DNA from: an uncultured Clostridia bacterium
GTDB taxonomy: Bacteria; Bacillota; Clostridia; Christensenellales; DTU072
Reading direction: 5' to 3'
Assembly: GCA_944349735.1 (NCBI GenBank)
Contig: CALVNM010000001.1
Location: 4,222 to 68,221, forward strand
Length of the DNA: 64,000 nucleotides
Part shown: positions 46,420 through 55,441 of the stretch, piece by piece
Position numbering within the stretch: position 1 is the stretch's first letter
How the letters are laid out: every line of letters begins with the position of its first letter
Notes under the pieces: model-generated
What the model was told of the DNA's origin: nothing
What the model saw: only the letters and a program-made list of their open reading frames with translations
The model's database searches: none
Program-made: the position numbers and the translations under genes

Positions 46420-48057
46420 ATGATTAGTTTACAGACAGCGGATATTCGCGGACTCTTCAAGGGCGGTGCGATAAATCTAAAGAATAACAGCGCATATATC
46501 GACAGTCTGAACGTTTTTCCGGTTCCCGACGGAGATACGGGAACGAATATGAACCTTACTGTTACCTCGTCCGTCAAGGAGATGGACGCGGTGGAAGAAG
46601 ATCGTATGGATCTCGTGTGCGAAGCTTTCGCGCGCGGCGCGCTCAAAGGCGCCCGCGGCAACAGCGGCGTCATATTGAGTCAGATCTTCAAGGGAATGAG
46701 TCTCGTGATGGGCGACTGCACGGAGGTCACCACCAAGATCTTTGCGCGGGCGTTGAAAAACGGTTCCAACGCGGCTTACGACGTCGTGACGCACCCCAAA
46801 GAAGGCACGATACTTACCGTAATAAGGCTCGTCAGCGATTACGCACTTAAAATTTCCACAAAAAAGAAAGATTTTATCGAGTTTTTCGATCTGATACTCG
46901 TCAAAGGCGAAGAAGTTCTCAAAAGCACTCCCGATATGCTGCCGGTATTGAAGAAGGCAGGCGTCGTGGACGCGGGCGGCAGAGGACTTCTTACCATATT
47001 GTACGGTATGTCCAATGTCCTTAAAGGCGTTCCCATGGAACTCAAGGAGCCTTCGGACGACGCGTCTTCGGACGCCGCGGACAATCTTTTCGAGGCGCCC
47101 GACGTACACGATCTTGACGATATAAAGTATGCATATTGTACTGAATTTTTCATTATAAATATGCAGAAAAAGACCACTTTGTCGGATATAGACAAGCTGC
47201 GCGACAAACTCAACAAGATAGGCGACTGCGTAATAGTCGTAGGAGATCTTACTCTCGTCAAGGTGCACGTCCACACCAATAATCCCGATAAGGCTCTCGG
47301 ATACGCACTGATGCTCGGCGAGCTGGACAAACCTAAGATAGAGAACATGCTCGAACAGAACCGCGCTCTCAAAAAAGCGCGCGAGGCGAACAAGGCGGAA
47401 GTCAAACCGGTATCTCTCGTATCGATATGCAACGGAGAAGGTATCAAGCGTATTTTCCGTGAGCTGCGCGCCGACAAGATACTCGAGGGCGGGCAGACTA
47501 TGAACCCGAGCGTTGCGGACATCGTGGAGCTGGTGGATTCAACGGGATCGGACACGGTCTATATACTCCCCAACAACTCAAACATCGTTCTTGCCGCGGA
47601 GCAGGCTAAGGAGTTGACAAAAGCCAAATTGGTAGTCGTAGCTACAAAAAATATTCCGCAAGGCATAACCGCAGCTATAAACTTCAATCCCGAAGCGAGC
47701 GAAGAAGAGAATATCGAAATGATGCGACGCGCCATCCAGACGGTGAAGAGCGGTCAGGTCACTCACGCCGTACGCGATACCGAGATGGACGGCTTCGATC
47801 TCCATAACGGAGACATTATCGGTATTTACGACAAGATCGTGGCGAAAGGCGATTCCGTCAACGAAGTAGCGCGCGAAGTGGTGGCGAAGATGGTCACCGA
47901 CGAGACCGCGGCGATTAGCCTTTATTACGGAGCCGGGCTGGAGGCTTCGGCGGCGGAGGAGCTTCAGGCCGCGCTTCAGGAAGAGTATCCCTTCCACGAC
48001 GTCATGGTCTACGAGGGCGGACAGCAGCATTATTATTATTACATTTCGGTCGAGTGA
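46420..48057 (+). CDS. yloV: DAK2 domain fusion protein YloV (DegV/fatty-acid-kinase-associated family)
   Basis: NVFPVPDGDTGTNM, GARGNSGVILSQ, and the C-terminal YloV-specific domain. 545 aa. Confidence 0.88.
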   Translation: MISLQTADIRGLFKGGAINLKNNSAYIDSLNVFPVPDGDTGTNMNLTVTSSVKEMDAVEEDRMDLVCEAFARGALKGARGNSGVILSQIFKGMSLVMGDCTEVTTKIFARALKNGSNAAYDVVTHPKEGTILTVIRLVSDYALKISTKKKDFIEFFDLILVKGEEVLKSTPDMLPVLKKAGVVDAGGRGLLTILYGMSNVLKGVPMELKEPSDDASSDAADNLFEAPDVHDLDDIKYAYCTEFFIINMQKKTTLSDIDKLRDKLNKIGDCVIVVGDLTLVKVHVHTNNPDKALGYALMLGELDKPKIENMLEQNRALKKAREANKAEVKPVSLVSICNGEGIKRIFRELRADKILEGGQTMNPSVADIVELVDSTGSDTVYILPNNSNIVLAAEQAKELTKAKLVVVATKNIPQGITAAINFNPEASEEENIEMMRRAIQTVKSGQVTHAVRDTEMDGFDLHNGDIIGIYDKIVAKGDSVNEVAREVVAKMVTDETAAISLYYGAGLEASAAEELQAALQEEYPFHDVMVYEGGQQHYYYYISVE

Positions 48058-50066
48058 TCGCGGGAGAACGCTTCATGGAAAAGAGCGAGCTTCTCGGAGT
48101 CAAAGGGGTAGGTCCCGTAACGCTCGAAAAACTCAATTATTTAGGTATATATTCCCGGCGGGGGCTTATCGAAAAAACCCCCGTCGATTACATCGATCTG
48201 GACGCCGTCAGCGATCTCGATAAAGCGGAGGACGGCGAATTCGTCGTACTCGTGACCGAGATAGTCACTGCGGGACGACCTTTCCGTAAAGGGAAATTAC
48301 AGATGTATCGTGTGACCGGAGCGACCGACGACGGCAAGAAAGTCAAGCTCGTATGGTATAACGCAAATTACGTGGCTTCCGTAGTCTCTTCCGGCGCAAG
48401 GATAAGGGTTTACGGGAAACTGAAGAAAGAGGGCAGGAGCTTCGAACTCGTTAATCCCGCGTACGAAAGGGCTGACGCGCTCGGCGAAGGCGAACTAAGG
48501 GGTATCAAGCCGGTATATGCCACGCGAGGGGTAATTCCGCAAAAGACTTTTTCCGCGATGGTGGCGGACGTGATAGTCAAAGGTTTCGACGCGAGAGGTC
48601 TTGCGGACGAAGATATGGGGCTTATGAGTCTCGGCGAAGCCTTTGTCAAAGCGCATTTCCCGTCGAGTATTCCCGAAGCCGAAGCGGCGAGGGAGAGAAT
48701 AGAACTCGAAAAGCTTCTGAAAGACATTCTCGCCTACCGTACCGTACGCAGGGAATACGCGCGGTCTGTTTACTATGAGGCGCGCACCGCGGTCATAGAC
48801 AGACTTACCGATTCCCTCCCGTATAAACTGACGCCTACGCAGAAAACGGCGGTGGCAGACATCCTCGACAGACTGCAATCGGATAAACCTCTTAACGCCA
48901 TGCTCGTGGGCGACGTGGGAAGCGGCAAAACGGTAGTGGCGATGATAGCCGCATATTATGTCGCGGCTTCGGGCTATCAGACGGCGGTCATGGCGCCTAC
49001 GGAAATACTTGCGGTACAGCACTACAATAACTTCGTGAAATTTCTCGCGCCTCTCGGGGTGAAAGTGACGTTGCTTACCGGCGGGTGCGGAGCCGCGGAG
49101 AAGCGCATAGCGCGTTCCGCAATATCTTCGGGCTATGCCGATATCGTCATAGGCACGCACGCTGTGATTTCGAAGGGGGTCGATTTCAAATCGCTCGCTT
49201 TGGCAGTGATAGACGAACAGCATCGGTTCGGAGTAGCCCAGCGCACCGCTCTCGTGGACAAGGGCGGAGCGGTGGATACTCTCACGCTGTCGGCGACGCC
49301 CATACCGAGGTCTCTGAGGCTGACCGTCTTCGGCGATGTAGACGTGATGAGTATCGACAGGCGCTATTCTTCCGACAACGTAGTAACCGCGGTCGTTACT
49401 CCCGACAAGCGTAAAAGCATGACCGATTACATAATCGAAGAATGCGTCAAAGGCAGACAGGCGTATATCGTTGCGCCCAAAATATTCGACTCCGAAGGCA
49501 TAGAGGGCTTCGCCGCGGAGAAACTTTATAAGGAACTGGTCTCTAAATACGGCGACAGAGTCGGTATCGCGCTCCTTCACGGCAAGATGAAAGCGGAGGA
49601 GAAGAAACGCGTGCTGAACGATTTCACCGACGGCAAGGTATCGGTACTCGTTTCAACCACCGTCATAGAAGTGGGGATAGACGTTCCTAACGCTTCGCTC
49701 ATGGCGATATTCGACGCGGATCGGTTCGGACTCAGCACGTTGCACCAACTTCGCGGAAGAATCGGGCGCGACGGCTCCAAAGCGTATTGCTTCCTGTACA
49801 CGGCAAAGTCCGGCGACGATATATTGCGTCTGGAAACTCTCGTCAAAGAGCGCGACGGACTCGAGATAGCGGAGAGAGATCTCGAAATGCGAGGCGCGGG
49901 CGAATGGCTAGGTGAGGAACAGAGCGGCAAAGGAGGCGCGAAACTTTCGCTCGCGCTAATGCGCAAAGCCAAGGAGATAGCCGACAGGACCGAAATAGGA
50001 GAGCGTAAGGACGAACTTACCGCATACGCTTTAAGCCGAGGCTTCGTCAAAATCAGTCTTAACTGA
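48054..50066 (+). CDS. recG: ATP-dependent DNA helicase RecG
   Basis: Wedge/OB N-terminus, LPYKLTPTQ, GDVGSGKT, DEQHRFG, TATPIPR, and the HQLRGRIGR motif. The start is either GTG 48054 (GTGA overlap with yloV) or ATG 48075. Confidence 0.95.
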   Translation: MIAGERFMEKSELLGVKGVGPVTLEKLNYLGIYSRRGLIEKTPVDYIDLDAVSDLDKAEDGEFVVLVTEIVTAGRPFRKGKLQMYRVTGATDDGKKVKLVWYNANYVASVVSSGARIRVYGKLKKEGRSFELVNPAYERADALGEGELRGIKPVYATRGVIPQKTFSAMVADVIVKGFDARGLADEDMGLMSLGEAFVKAHFPSSIPEAEAARERIELEKLLKDILAYRTVRREYARSVYYEARTAVIDRLTDSLPYKLTPTQKTAVADILDRLQSDKPLNAMLVGDVGSGKTVVAMIAAYYVAASGYQTAVMAPTEILAVQHYNNFVKFLAPLGVKVTLLTGGCGAAEKRIARSAISSGYADIVIGTHAVISKGVDFKSLALAVIDEQHRFGVAQRTALVDKGGAVDTLTLSATPIPRSLRLTVFGDVDVMSIDRRYSSDNVVTAVVTPDKRKSMTDYIIEECVKGRQAYIVAPKIFDSEGIEGFAAEKLYKELVSKYGDRVGIALLHGKMKAEEKKRVLNDFTDGKVSVLVSTTVIEVGIDVPNASLMAIFDADRFGLSTLHQLRGRIGRDGSKAYCFLYTAKSGDDILRLETLVKERDGLEIAERDLEMRGAGEWLGEEQSGKGGAKLSLALMRKAKEIADRTEIGERKDELTAYALSRGFVKISLN

Positions 50067-50177
50067 CCTTTTTCCGCCACGTAACGCGAGGCAGGTTTTA
50101 TATATTTATCACTTATTTTGTCTCATTCGTCGCTTCTTAGCGGGCTTGGTTTATAATCCGTTCAAAAGGACGGATCC

Positions 50178-51494
50178 ATGAAAAAAAATGCTCCTAAAAT
50201 ATTAGCTGTATTCTTGTTGTCGGTGATAGCCGTTTTGATGGTGGTCGCCGGAAGCGGCACGATAGCCGATCTTTTCACGAATAAGGACGACGGCGTTCCG
50301 GGAAGCTCGGCAAACGTCGAAGACGACGGCAGCGAAAAGCCGCCCGTTACGGACGATACCGACGACGGAGACACCGTAGTTCCCCCCGACGTGTATTTCC
50401 CCGTACCTCCGGAGGCGAGCGCGATATACGCCTACACCCAGAGTCTGTGGTGCGAGAGCGGAATGGAACTTAATAACGCCATAGTCACATCGGAAGGACT
50501 GTACGTTATAGTCACTCACGATTCCGATTCCGGAGTGTTGGCGACGGAAGGTAAACGCATAAGCGTCGTACATGCCGATACCGACGGAACGCTCACCGCC
50601 GCGGTGCATCTTCCTTCGCGCGGCGAGGATATAAGGTATCTAGGTGCGAAACTGACTTCGGCTGGGCTTGTCGTAGTCGCCACTGACGGAGAGGTGAGTT
50701 ACGTACATACCGTTTCCACCGATCTCAAATATACCGAGCTTCTTGAGTTTCCTGCTTTCGCTTCGGCTACGGTATTTGCTTTGAGCGAAGGGTATCTCCT
50801 TTTAGGCGCCGGAGCGACCAATACCGTTTATAAAATTACCGGTAACGCCGTAGCGGCTTCCACGACCATACAGTCGGGCGAGATAAGAGAAGTGTACGAT
50901 TTCGGCACCTATTACATGCTCGTTCTCAACGGTATATCAGGTTATTCGGTTATAAGGATAGGCTCCGATCTCAAGCATATTTCCACCGTCACGGTTTCGG
51001 ACAGACACCCGCTTGCGATAAGACCCGTCGTAACGGACGGCGTGCAGAAATTCCTTGTTGCCGAGAAGAACGCAACAGGAGTGGACATCGTGCGTTACGG
51101 GGCGGACTTTTCGGCGGCTGAAGCCGACAGAGTGGGAGTGGGACTGGCCGACAGCGCGGACGTATTCATGAACGGAGAAAGCGTTTTCGTGCTGCTGCAC
51201 GCGACGACGGACAGACTTTACGTCATCGATTCGGGACTTAATTTCACGGCTTCCAGTACGACGCTGCTTCAGGGTATGACGGCGTTCCACGATTGCGCGA
51301 CCTATTCGGGAGGCTTCCTCGTCTTATATTCCGCAGGGGACGCATTGACGCTTGCCGATATACGTAACGACGGCACTTCGATGACCAGAAGCATATCTGT
51401 GGGAACTCAAAAAGCCTTTATTCTGCGTACGGCAGAAGGGACTTCGGCAGTGGTGTGCGCCGTCGAGAACGGCGTGAAAATAATAGGGCTGTGA
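50178..51494 (+). CDS. Hypothetical membrane-anchored extracytoplasmic protein (beta-rich, possibly propeller-like)
   Basis: 438 aa. N-terminal anchor MKKNAPKILAVFLLSVIAVLMVVAG, an acidic/Pro-rich linker (DDGSEKPPVTDDTDDGDTVVPPDVYFPVPP), then repetitive beta-strand-like segments. No family recognised. Confidence 0.55.
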   Translation: MKKNAPKILAVFLLSVIAVLMVVAGSGTIADLFTNKDDGVPGSSANVEDDGSEKPPVTDDTDDGDTVVPPDVYFPVPPEASAIYAYTQSLWCESGMELNNAIVTSEGLYVIVTHDSDSGVLATEGKRISVVHADTDGTLTAAVHLPSRGEDIRYLGAKLTSAGLVVVATDGEVSYVHTVSTDLKYTELLEFPAFASATVFALSEGYLLLGAGATNTVYKITGNAVAASTTIQSGEIREVYDFGTYYMLVLNGISGYSVIRIGSDLKHISTVTVSDRHPLAIRPVVTDGVQKFLVAEKNATGVDIVRYGADFSAAEADRVGVGLADSADVFMNGESVFVLLHATTDRLYVIDSGLNFTASSTTLLQGMTAFHDCATYSGGFLVLYSAGDALTLADIRNDGTSMTRSISVGTQKAFILRTAEGTSAVVCAVENGVKIIGL

Positions 51495-51503
51495 GCGGGG
51501 ACG

Positions 51504-52553
51504 CTATTCCCCGTAATCGGAAGACGCTCTGCGTGCGTTGAGTACGGACAATATCTTGGCAACTATTTTTTCGGCGGCGTTTGCGCCTTCCGGTTTCGGC
51601 GGGGGCATCGCCGCTACTTTCTCTATGTGCCTCATGAGTTCGCCGGGAGTCAGCTTGTCTTGAGCGATTACGTCGGCAAGGCCGCGTTTCGAATAGCTCG
51701 ATGCGTTCAGGACCTGATCGCCTCGGCTGGAAGCGCTTTTCGGGAGCGGTATGCATACCACTCGCTTTCCGAGCGCCGCGGCTTCGGCGAGACTGTTCGC
51801 TCCGCCGCGCATGACTACTATATCCGCCGCGGCGTAGAGATCCGCTATGTCTTCCGCATAAGGGACCGCCTTGTAATGTTCTAAATAAATACGTTCGGTT
51901 TCTTTCTTCCCGGTAACGTGCATCACGTCGTAAGCGGTCGTAAGCGATCTCAGACAGCCGAACAGCGCTTCGTTGATTTTGAGAGATCCGCTGCTGCCTC
52001 CGAATACGAGTATTAAAGGACGCGTTTCCGACAGCCCGTAACGCTTCCTCGCGCGCAAGCCGTTACCGCCGAATATCTCGCGCCTTATGGGGTTACCGAC
52101 GTATTCTCCGCCTTTGGTTTCCGGGAAGGAAGTAAGCGTGAGCGCCGCGAACGAGGATATGAAGCGGTTGGCCATTCCCATCGTATAATCGCTCTCGTGT
52201 ATTACCACGGGTATGCCGAGAGAACGCGCGCCGAGCGCCGACGGAAGCGTCGCGTAACCGCCTTTTGCGAACAGTAACTCGACTTTTTCTCTGCGCAATA
52301 TGTCTTTGGCTTCTTTAGCCGCCCCGGCAAGTATAAAGGGTATTTTGATGTTGTCAAGAATATCCCTCCTCGAAAATTTCGCTACTGCGGTAGTGTACAG
52401 CGGCAGTCCGTAAGAGGGTACTATCTCCCTTTCCATGCCGTCTCCGCCGAAGTATATTATCCTGTCGAAGTAACCGGCAAGTTCTTCCGCTACCGCTATG
52501 CACGGCATTATATGCCCCGCGGTGCCTCCGCCTGTAAGCGCTATCGCAGCCAT
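51504..52553 (-). CDS. murG: Undecaprenyldiphospho-muramoylpentapeptide beta-N-acetylglucosaminyltransferase
   Basis: MAAIALTGGGTAGHIMPCIAVAEEL G-loop, FGGSSGS, RGGANSLAE. 349 aa. Confidence 0.92.
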   Translation of the reverse strand: MAAIALTGGGTAGHIMPCIAVAEELAGYFDRIIYFGGDGMEREIVPSYGLPLYTTAVAKFSRRDILDNIKIPFILAGAAKEAKDILRREKVELLFAKGGYATLPSALGARSLGIPVVIHESDYTMGMANRFISSFAALTLTSFPETKGGEYVGNPIRREIFGGNGLRARKRYGLSETRPLILVFGGSSGSLKINEALFGCLRSLTTAYDVMHVTGKKETERIYLEHYKAVPYAEDIADLYAAADIVVMRGGANSLAEAAALGKRVVCIPLPKSASSRGDQVLNASSYSKRGLADVIAQDKLTPGELMRHIEKVAAMPPPKPEGANAAEKIVAKILSVLNARRASSDYGE

Positions 52554-52714
52554 ATTATTCCCTCCTTACGTACGCCCGATGCGTAAATAATTTCGATTAA
52601 CAGTTGAATTATATTCGTTTTAGTGCTAAGATATACTACACGGGTATAGCGCACGCGCTTCCGATAACGGACGCAGGTGCCCGACGCCCGCGAAAAGCGT
52701 AGACGGAGGTCCCA

Positions 52715-53620
52715 ATGAAATTCGTAAAGATCGATACTTTCGACGGTAAAGTCAATACCACCTGCGTGTGGGACGAAACTGAGAACAGGATAGGCGCCGT
52801 GGTTATAGTTCACGGTATGGCGGAACATGCGGAGAGATACGACGCTTTTGCGAAATTTCTCAATTCCGAAGGATACGTGGTGCTTGCGGACAATCACAGA
52901 GGACATAAATTCAATCCCGACGGAGCCAAAGGCATCGTGTGCGGGGATTCCTTCTCCAATTCGGTAGAGGACATCAAAGCGGTGGTGGATTATGCAAAAT
53001 CCGTTTACGGACTCGAAGTCGTACTGCTCGGTCACAGTTACGGAAGTTTCCTTTCTCAAAGATACATCGAGCGTTATGCTTCGACGGTCAGGGGCGTCAT
53101 TCTCAGCGGTACGGCTTATATGAAAGGCGCGCTCGTGGGTATGGCTAAGGTCATCGCCGGAGTGCAGAAAGCTTTCTGCGGCGGAGAAAAGACCGCCTAT
53201 CTCATCGATAAACTCAGCTTCGGAAATTACAATAAGCCTTTCGAGTCTCAAGGACAGAAATTCGCGTGGCTTTCGCGCGACAGATCCGAAGTCGCCAAAT
53301 ACGAAGCCGACGAATTCTGCGGCTATCCTTTAAGCATCGATTATTATTACAGCTTCTTCAAAGGAGTGATGGCTATGTACGGAGACGATTCTTACGCAGC
53401 GGCGAAAGGGCTTCCCGTCATGATAGCCGTAGGCTCCGACGATCCCGTATCGAATAAAGCCGTGCTCGCCGAGAAACTGTATAAATTCTATCTTCAGAAA
53501 GGACTCGACGTATCTTACAAGGTCTATCCGGGAGCGCGTCACGAGATACTCAACGAGATCAACAAAAAAGAAGTATATGCGGATATGCTCGCCTTCATCG
53601 AAGCGAGGTTCGCCCGTTAA
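52715..53620 (+). CDS. Alpha/beta hydrolase (lysophospholipase / monoacylglycerol lipase-like)
   Basis: VIVHGMAEHAERY, nucleophile elbow GHSYGS, and C-terminal GSDDPV...ARHEILNE (Asp/His of the triad). Candidate promoter TTGAAT-N17-TAAGAT at ~52602-52630. Confidence 0.8.
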   Translation: MKFVKIDTFDGKVNTTCVWDETENRIGAVVIVHGMAEHAERYDAFAKFLNSEGYVVLADNHRGHKFNPDGAKGIVCGDSFSNSVEDIKAVVDYAKSVYGLEVVLLGHSYGSFLSQRYIERYASTVRGVILSGTAYMKGALVGMAKVIAGVQKAFCGGEKTAYLIDKLSFGNYNKPFESQGQKFAWLSRDRSEVAKYEADEFCGYPLSIDYYYSFFKGVMAMYGDDSYAAAKGLPVMIAVGSDDPVSNKAVLAEKLYKFYLQKGLDVSYKVYPGARHEILNEINKKEVYADMLAFIEARFAR

Positions 53621-53631
53621 GGAACAGATTT

Positions 53632-55392
53632 ATGGGAAAGAAAGGCACTGCAATATCGGTTGTTTTACTCGTTATCACGCTGACCGCGGTACTCGTATCC
53701 TGCGTGGACGATAAGGACACCAACGTCGGTCCGTTTACATACGAGATAAATTCCGCAGGCGATCTCGAGGGATTGCGCGCTAAACTCGGTCCGGACTACG
53801 ATCAGGGCGTGTACAACCTTAACGCCGACATCGACCTGACCGCGGAGCAATGGACGCCCATAGGCGATTCGGTCGCCAATTCTTTCACGGGCACTTTCAA
53901 CGGAAACGGTCATACGATAACCTATAATATCACGAAAGAAACACCCGAGCACACGGATGTCAATAATGTTGCGGAAGAGGTGTTTACGGGTCTTTTCGGC
54001 GCTATTTCGGGAGCCTCTATAAAGGATCTCAATATAGTCGTCAATATCGACGTGCCGGTAGAAGGCAGCATAGTCTATATCGGCGGACTTACGGGATATG
54101 CCTACGGTAACGTCACTTTATCAGATGTCAGCGTCAGCGGCAGGATACGCGGCGACATCGCCGACATACGCGTTACGAAAACGGACGAGACGGGCGGAAG
54201 CAATACCGAGACTACCGGATTCTATATGACCGCGCACGTCGGCGGAGTAGCCGGATATGTGATAGGCAACGCCAAACTCGAGAACGTCGGTTCCTCCGTC
54301 GATCTCGACGTGGGCGTGACGGACACTTATAAAGTGGACAACAATTACTGCCGTATCAACAGCGTCACGGCAGGCGGTATAGCGGGCACTCTCCGCACGG
54401 TGGATCTGTCGGCGGACGCTTCCGACAAAAGCGTCGTGACCGCCAACGGACTTTCTTATTCCGGCGATATTAGCGTCATCGGCGCCACGGTCAATGCGGG
54501 AGGACTCATAGGTCTCGGTTACAGGATCTCCGGTGCGTCTTTCAGAAGCGTTTTGTCGGAATACGACGGTATGTTCGTAAGCGGAGTCAACCGTCTGAAT
54601 GCAGGGATCGTCGCTGGCATGCTCGACAGGGCAATGCTTACTAAAGTTACCGCTGACGCGCCTTCGCTCGAGATACGTATAGCGAGCGGTTACGGCGATC
54701 AGAATTCCTTTAACGTCGGCGGTGCAATCGGGTATCTTTCCAATTACAGCGAAGTGGAGAACGTTATCGCAGACGTCGACGTGATAGACATGGGCAGATC
54801 CATCAACAATTATACCGGCGGAGTCGTCGGGATGCTCAATTTCTCCTCGCTGAGGAATGCGGTGGCTTGCGGCGAGATGAGGTACGAAGGCGAACCCGTC
54901 GGTTCCGACAGGATCCCCGTTTCGTTCACCTCGGACGGCAGACATAATCCCGAGAATTATTATTTTATTTATTCAGGCGGGATACTCGGCAAACTTTACG
55001 GCGGCAGCCGCATCGACAACGTGGCAAGCGATTTCAGCGCCTATCAGGGTATCGTCGGCGAAGCGATGAACGGAGTGGAGATCGTCGTAATCAACGAAAA
55101 CGAAGGCGAGACAATAGAAGCCTGGCTTGCGGATTCCGGCTACGAGCGCGGTATGTATACCGTGGAGAAGTCCGGTGATAAAGACGCCGAGACAGGAGAA
55201 CAAAATTATAAGCTTACGCATAAATACAACGTAGGCACCGGGGTTTGGTATGTAGGCGATCGCGCTTCGTCGGACACCGCGTCTGTGGCGATCGAAGGGG
55301 TAAATTTCGCTAACGGTATAGGCGTCGCCGACGCGTCGCTTACCGAATACTCGAGACTCCGCGCCGCGATAGAAGCGGCGATAGCGGGCTGA
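53632..55392 (+). CDS. Lipoprotein with GLUG-type / parallel beta-helix-like repeats
   Basis: Signal peptide with lipobox LVSC (MGKKGTAISVVLLVITLTAVLVSC). FTGTFNGNGHTI, then repeated G(G)L(T/I/A)G..(G/Y) motifs (GLFGAISG, IGGLTGYAYG, VGGVAGYVIG, AGGIAGTL, AGGLIGLGY, VGGAIGYL, TGGVVGML, SGGILGKL). Confidence 0.7.
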   Translation: MGKKGTAISVVLLVITLTAVLVSCVDDKDTNVGPFTYEINSAGDLEGLRAKLGPDYDQGVYNLNADIDLTAEQWTPIGDSVANSFTGTFNGNGHTITYNITKETPEHTDVNNVAEEVFTGLFGAISGASIKDLNIVVNIDVPVEGSIVYIGGLTGYAYGNVTLSDVSVSGRIRGDIADIRVTKTDETGGSNTETTGFYMTAHVGGVAGYVIGNAKLENVGSSVDLDVGVTDTYKVDNNYCRINSVTAGGIAGTLRTVDLSADASDKSVVTANGLSYSGDISVIGATVNAGGLIGLGYRISGASFRSVLSEYDGMFVSGVNRLNAGIVAGMLDRAMLTKVTADAPSLEIRIASGYGDQNSFNVGGAIGYLSNYSEVENVIADVDVIDMGRSINNYTGGVVGMLNFSSLRNAVACGEMRYEGEPVGSDRIPVSFTSDGRHNPENYYFIYSGGILGKLYGGSRIDNVASDFSAYQGIVGEAMNGVEIVVINENEGETIEAWLADSGYERGMYTVEKSGDKDAETGEQNYKLTHKYNVGTGVWYVGDRASSDTASVAIEGVNFANGIGVADASLTEYSRLRAAIEAAIAG

Positions 55393-55441
55393 TCCCGTAA
55401 ATCAATATTACAATTACCTTATCAAGAGGAAACGATAGATT

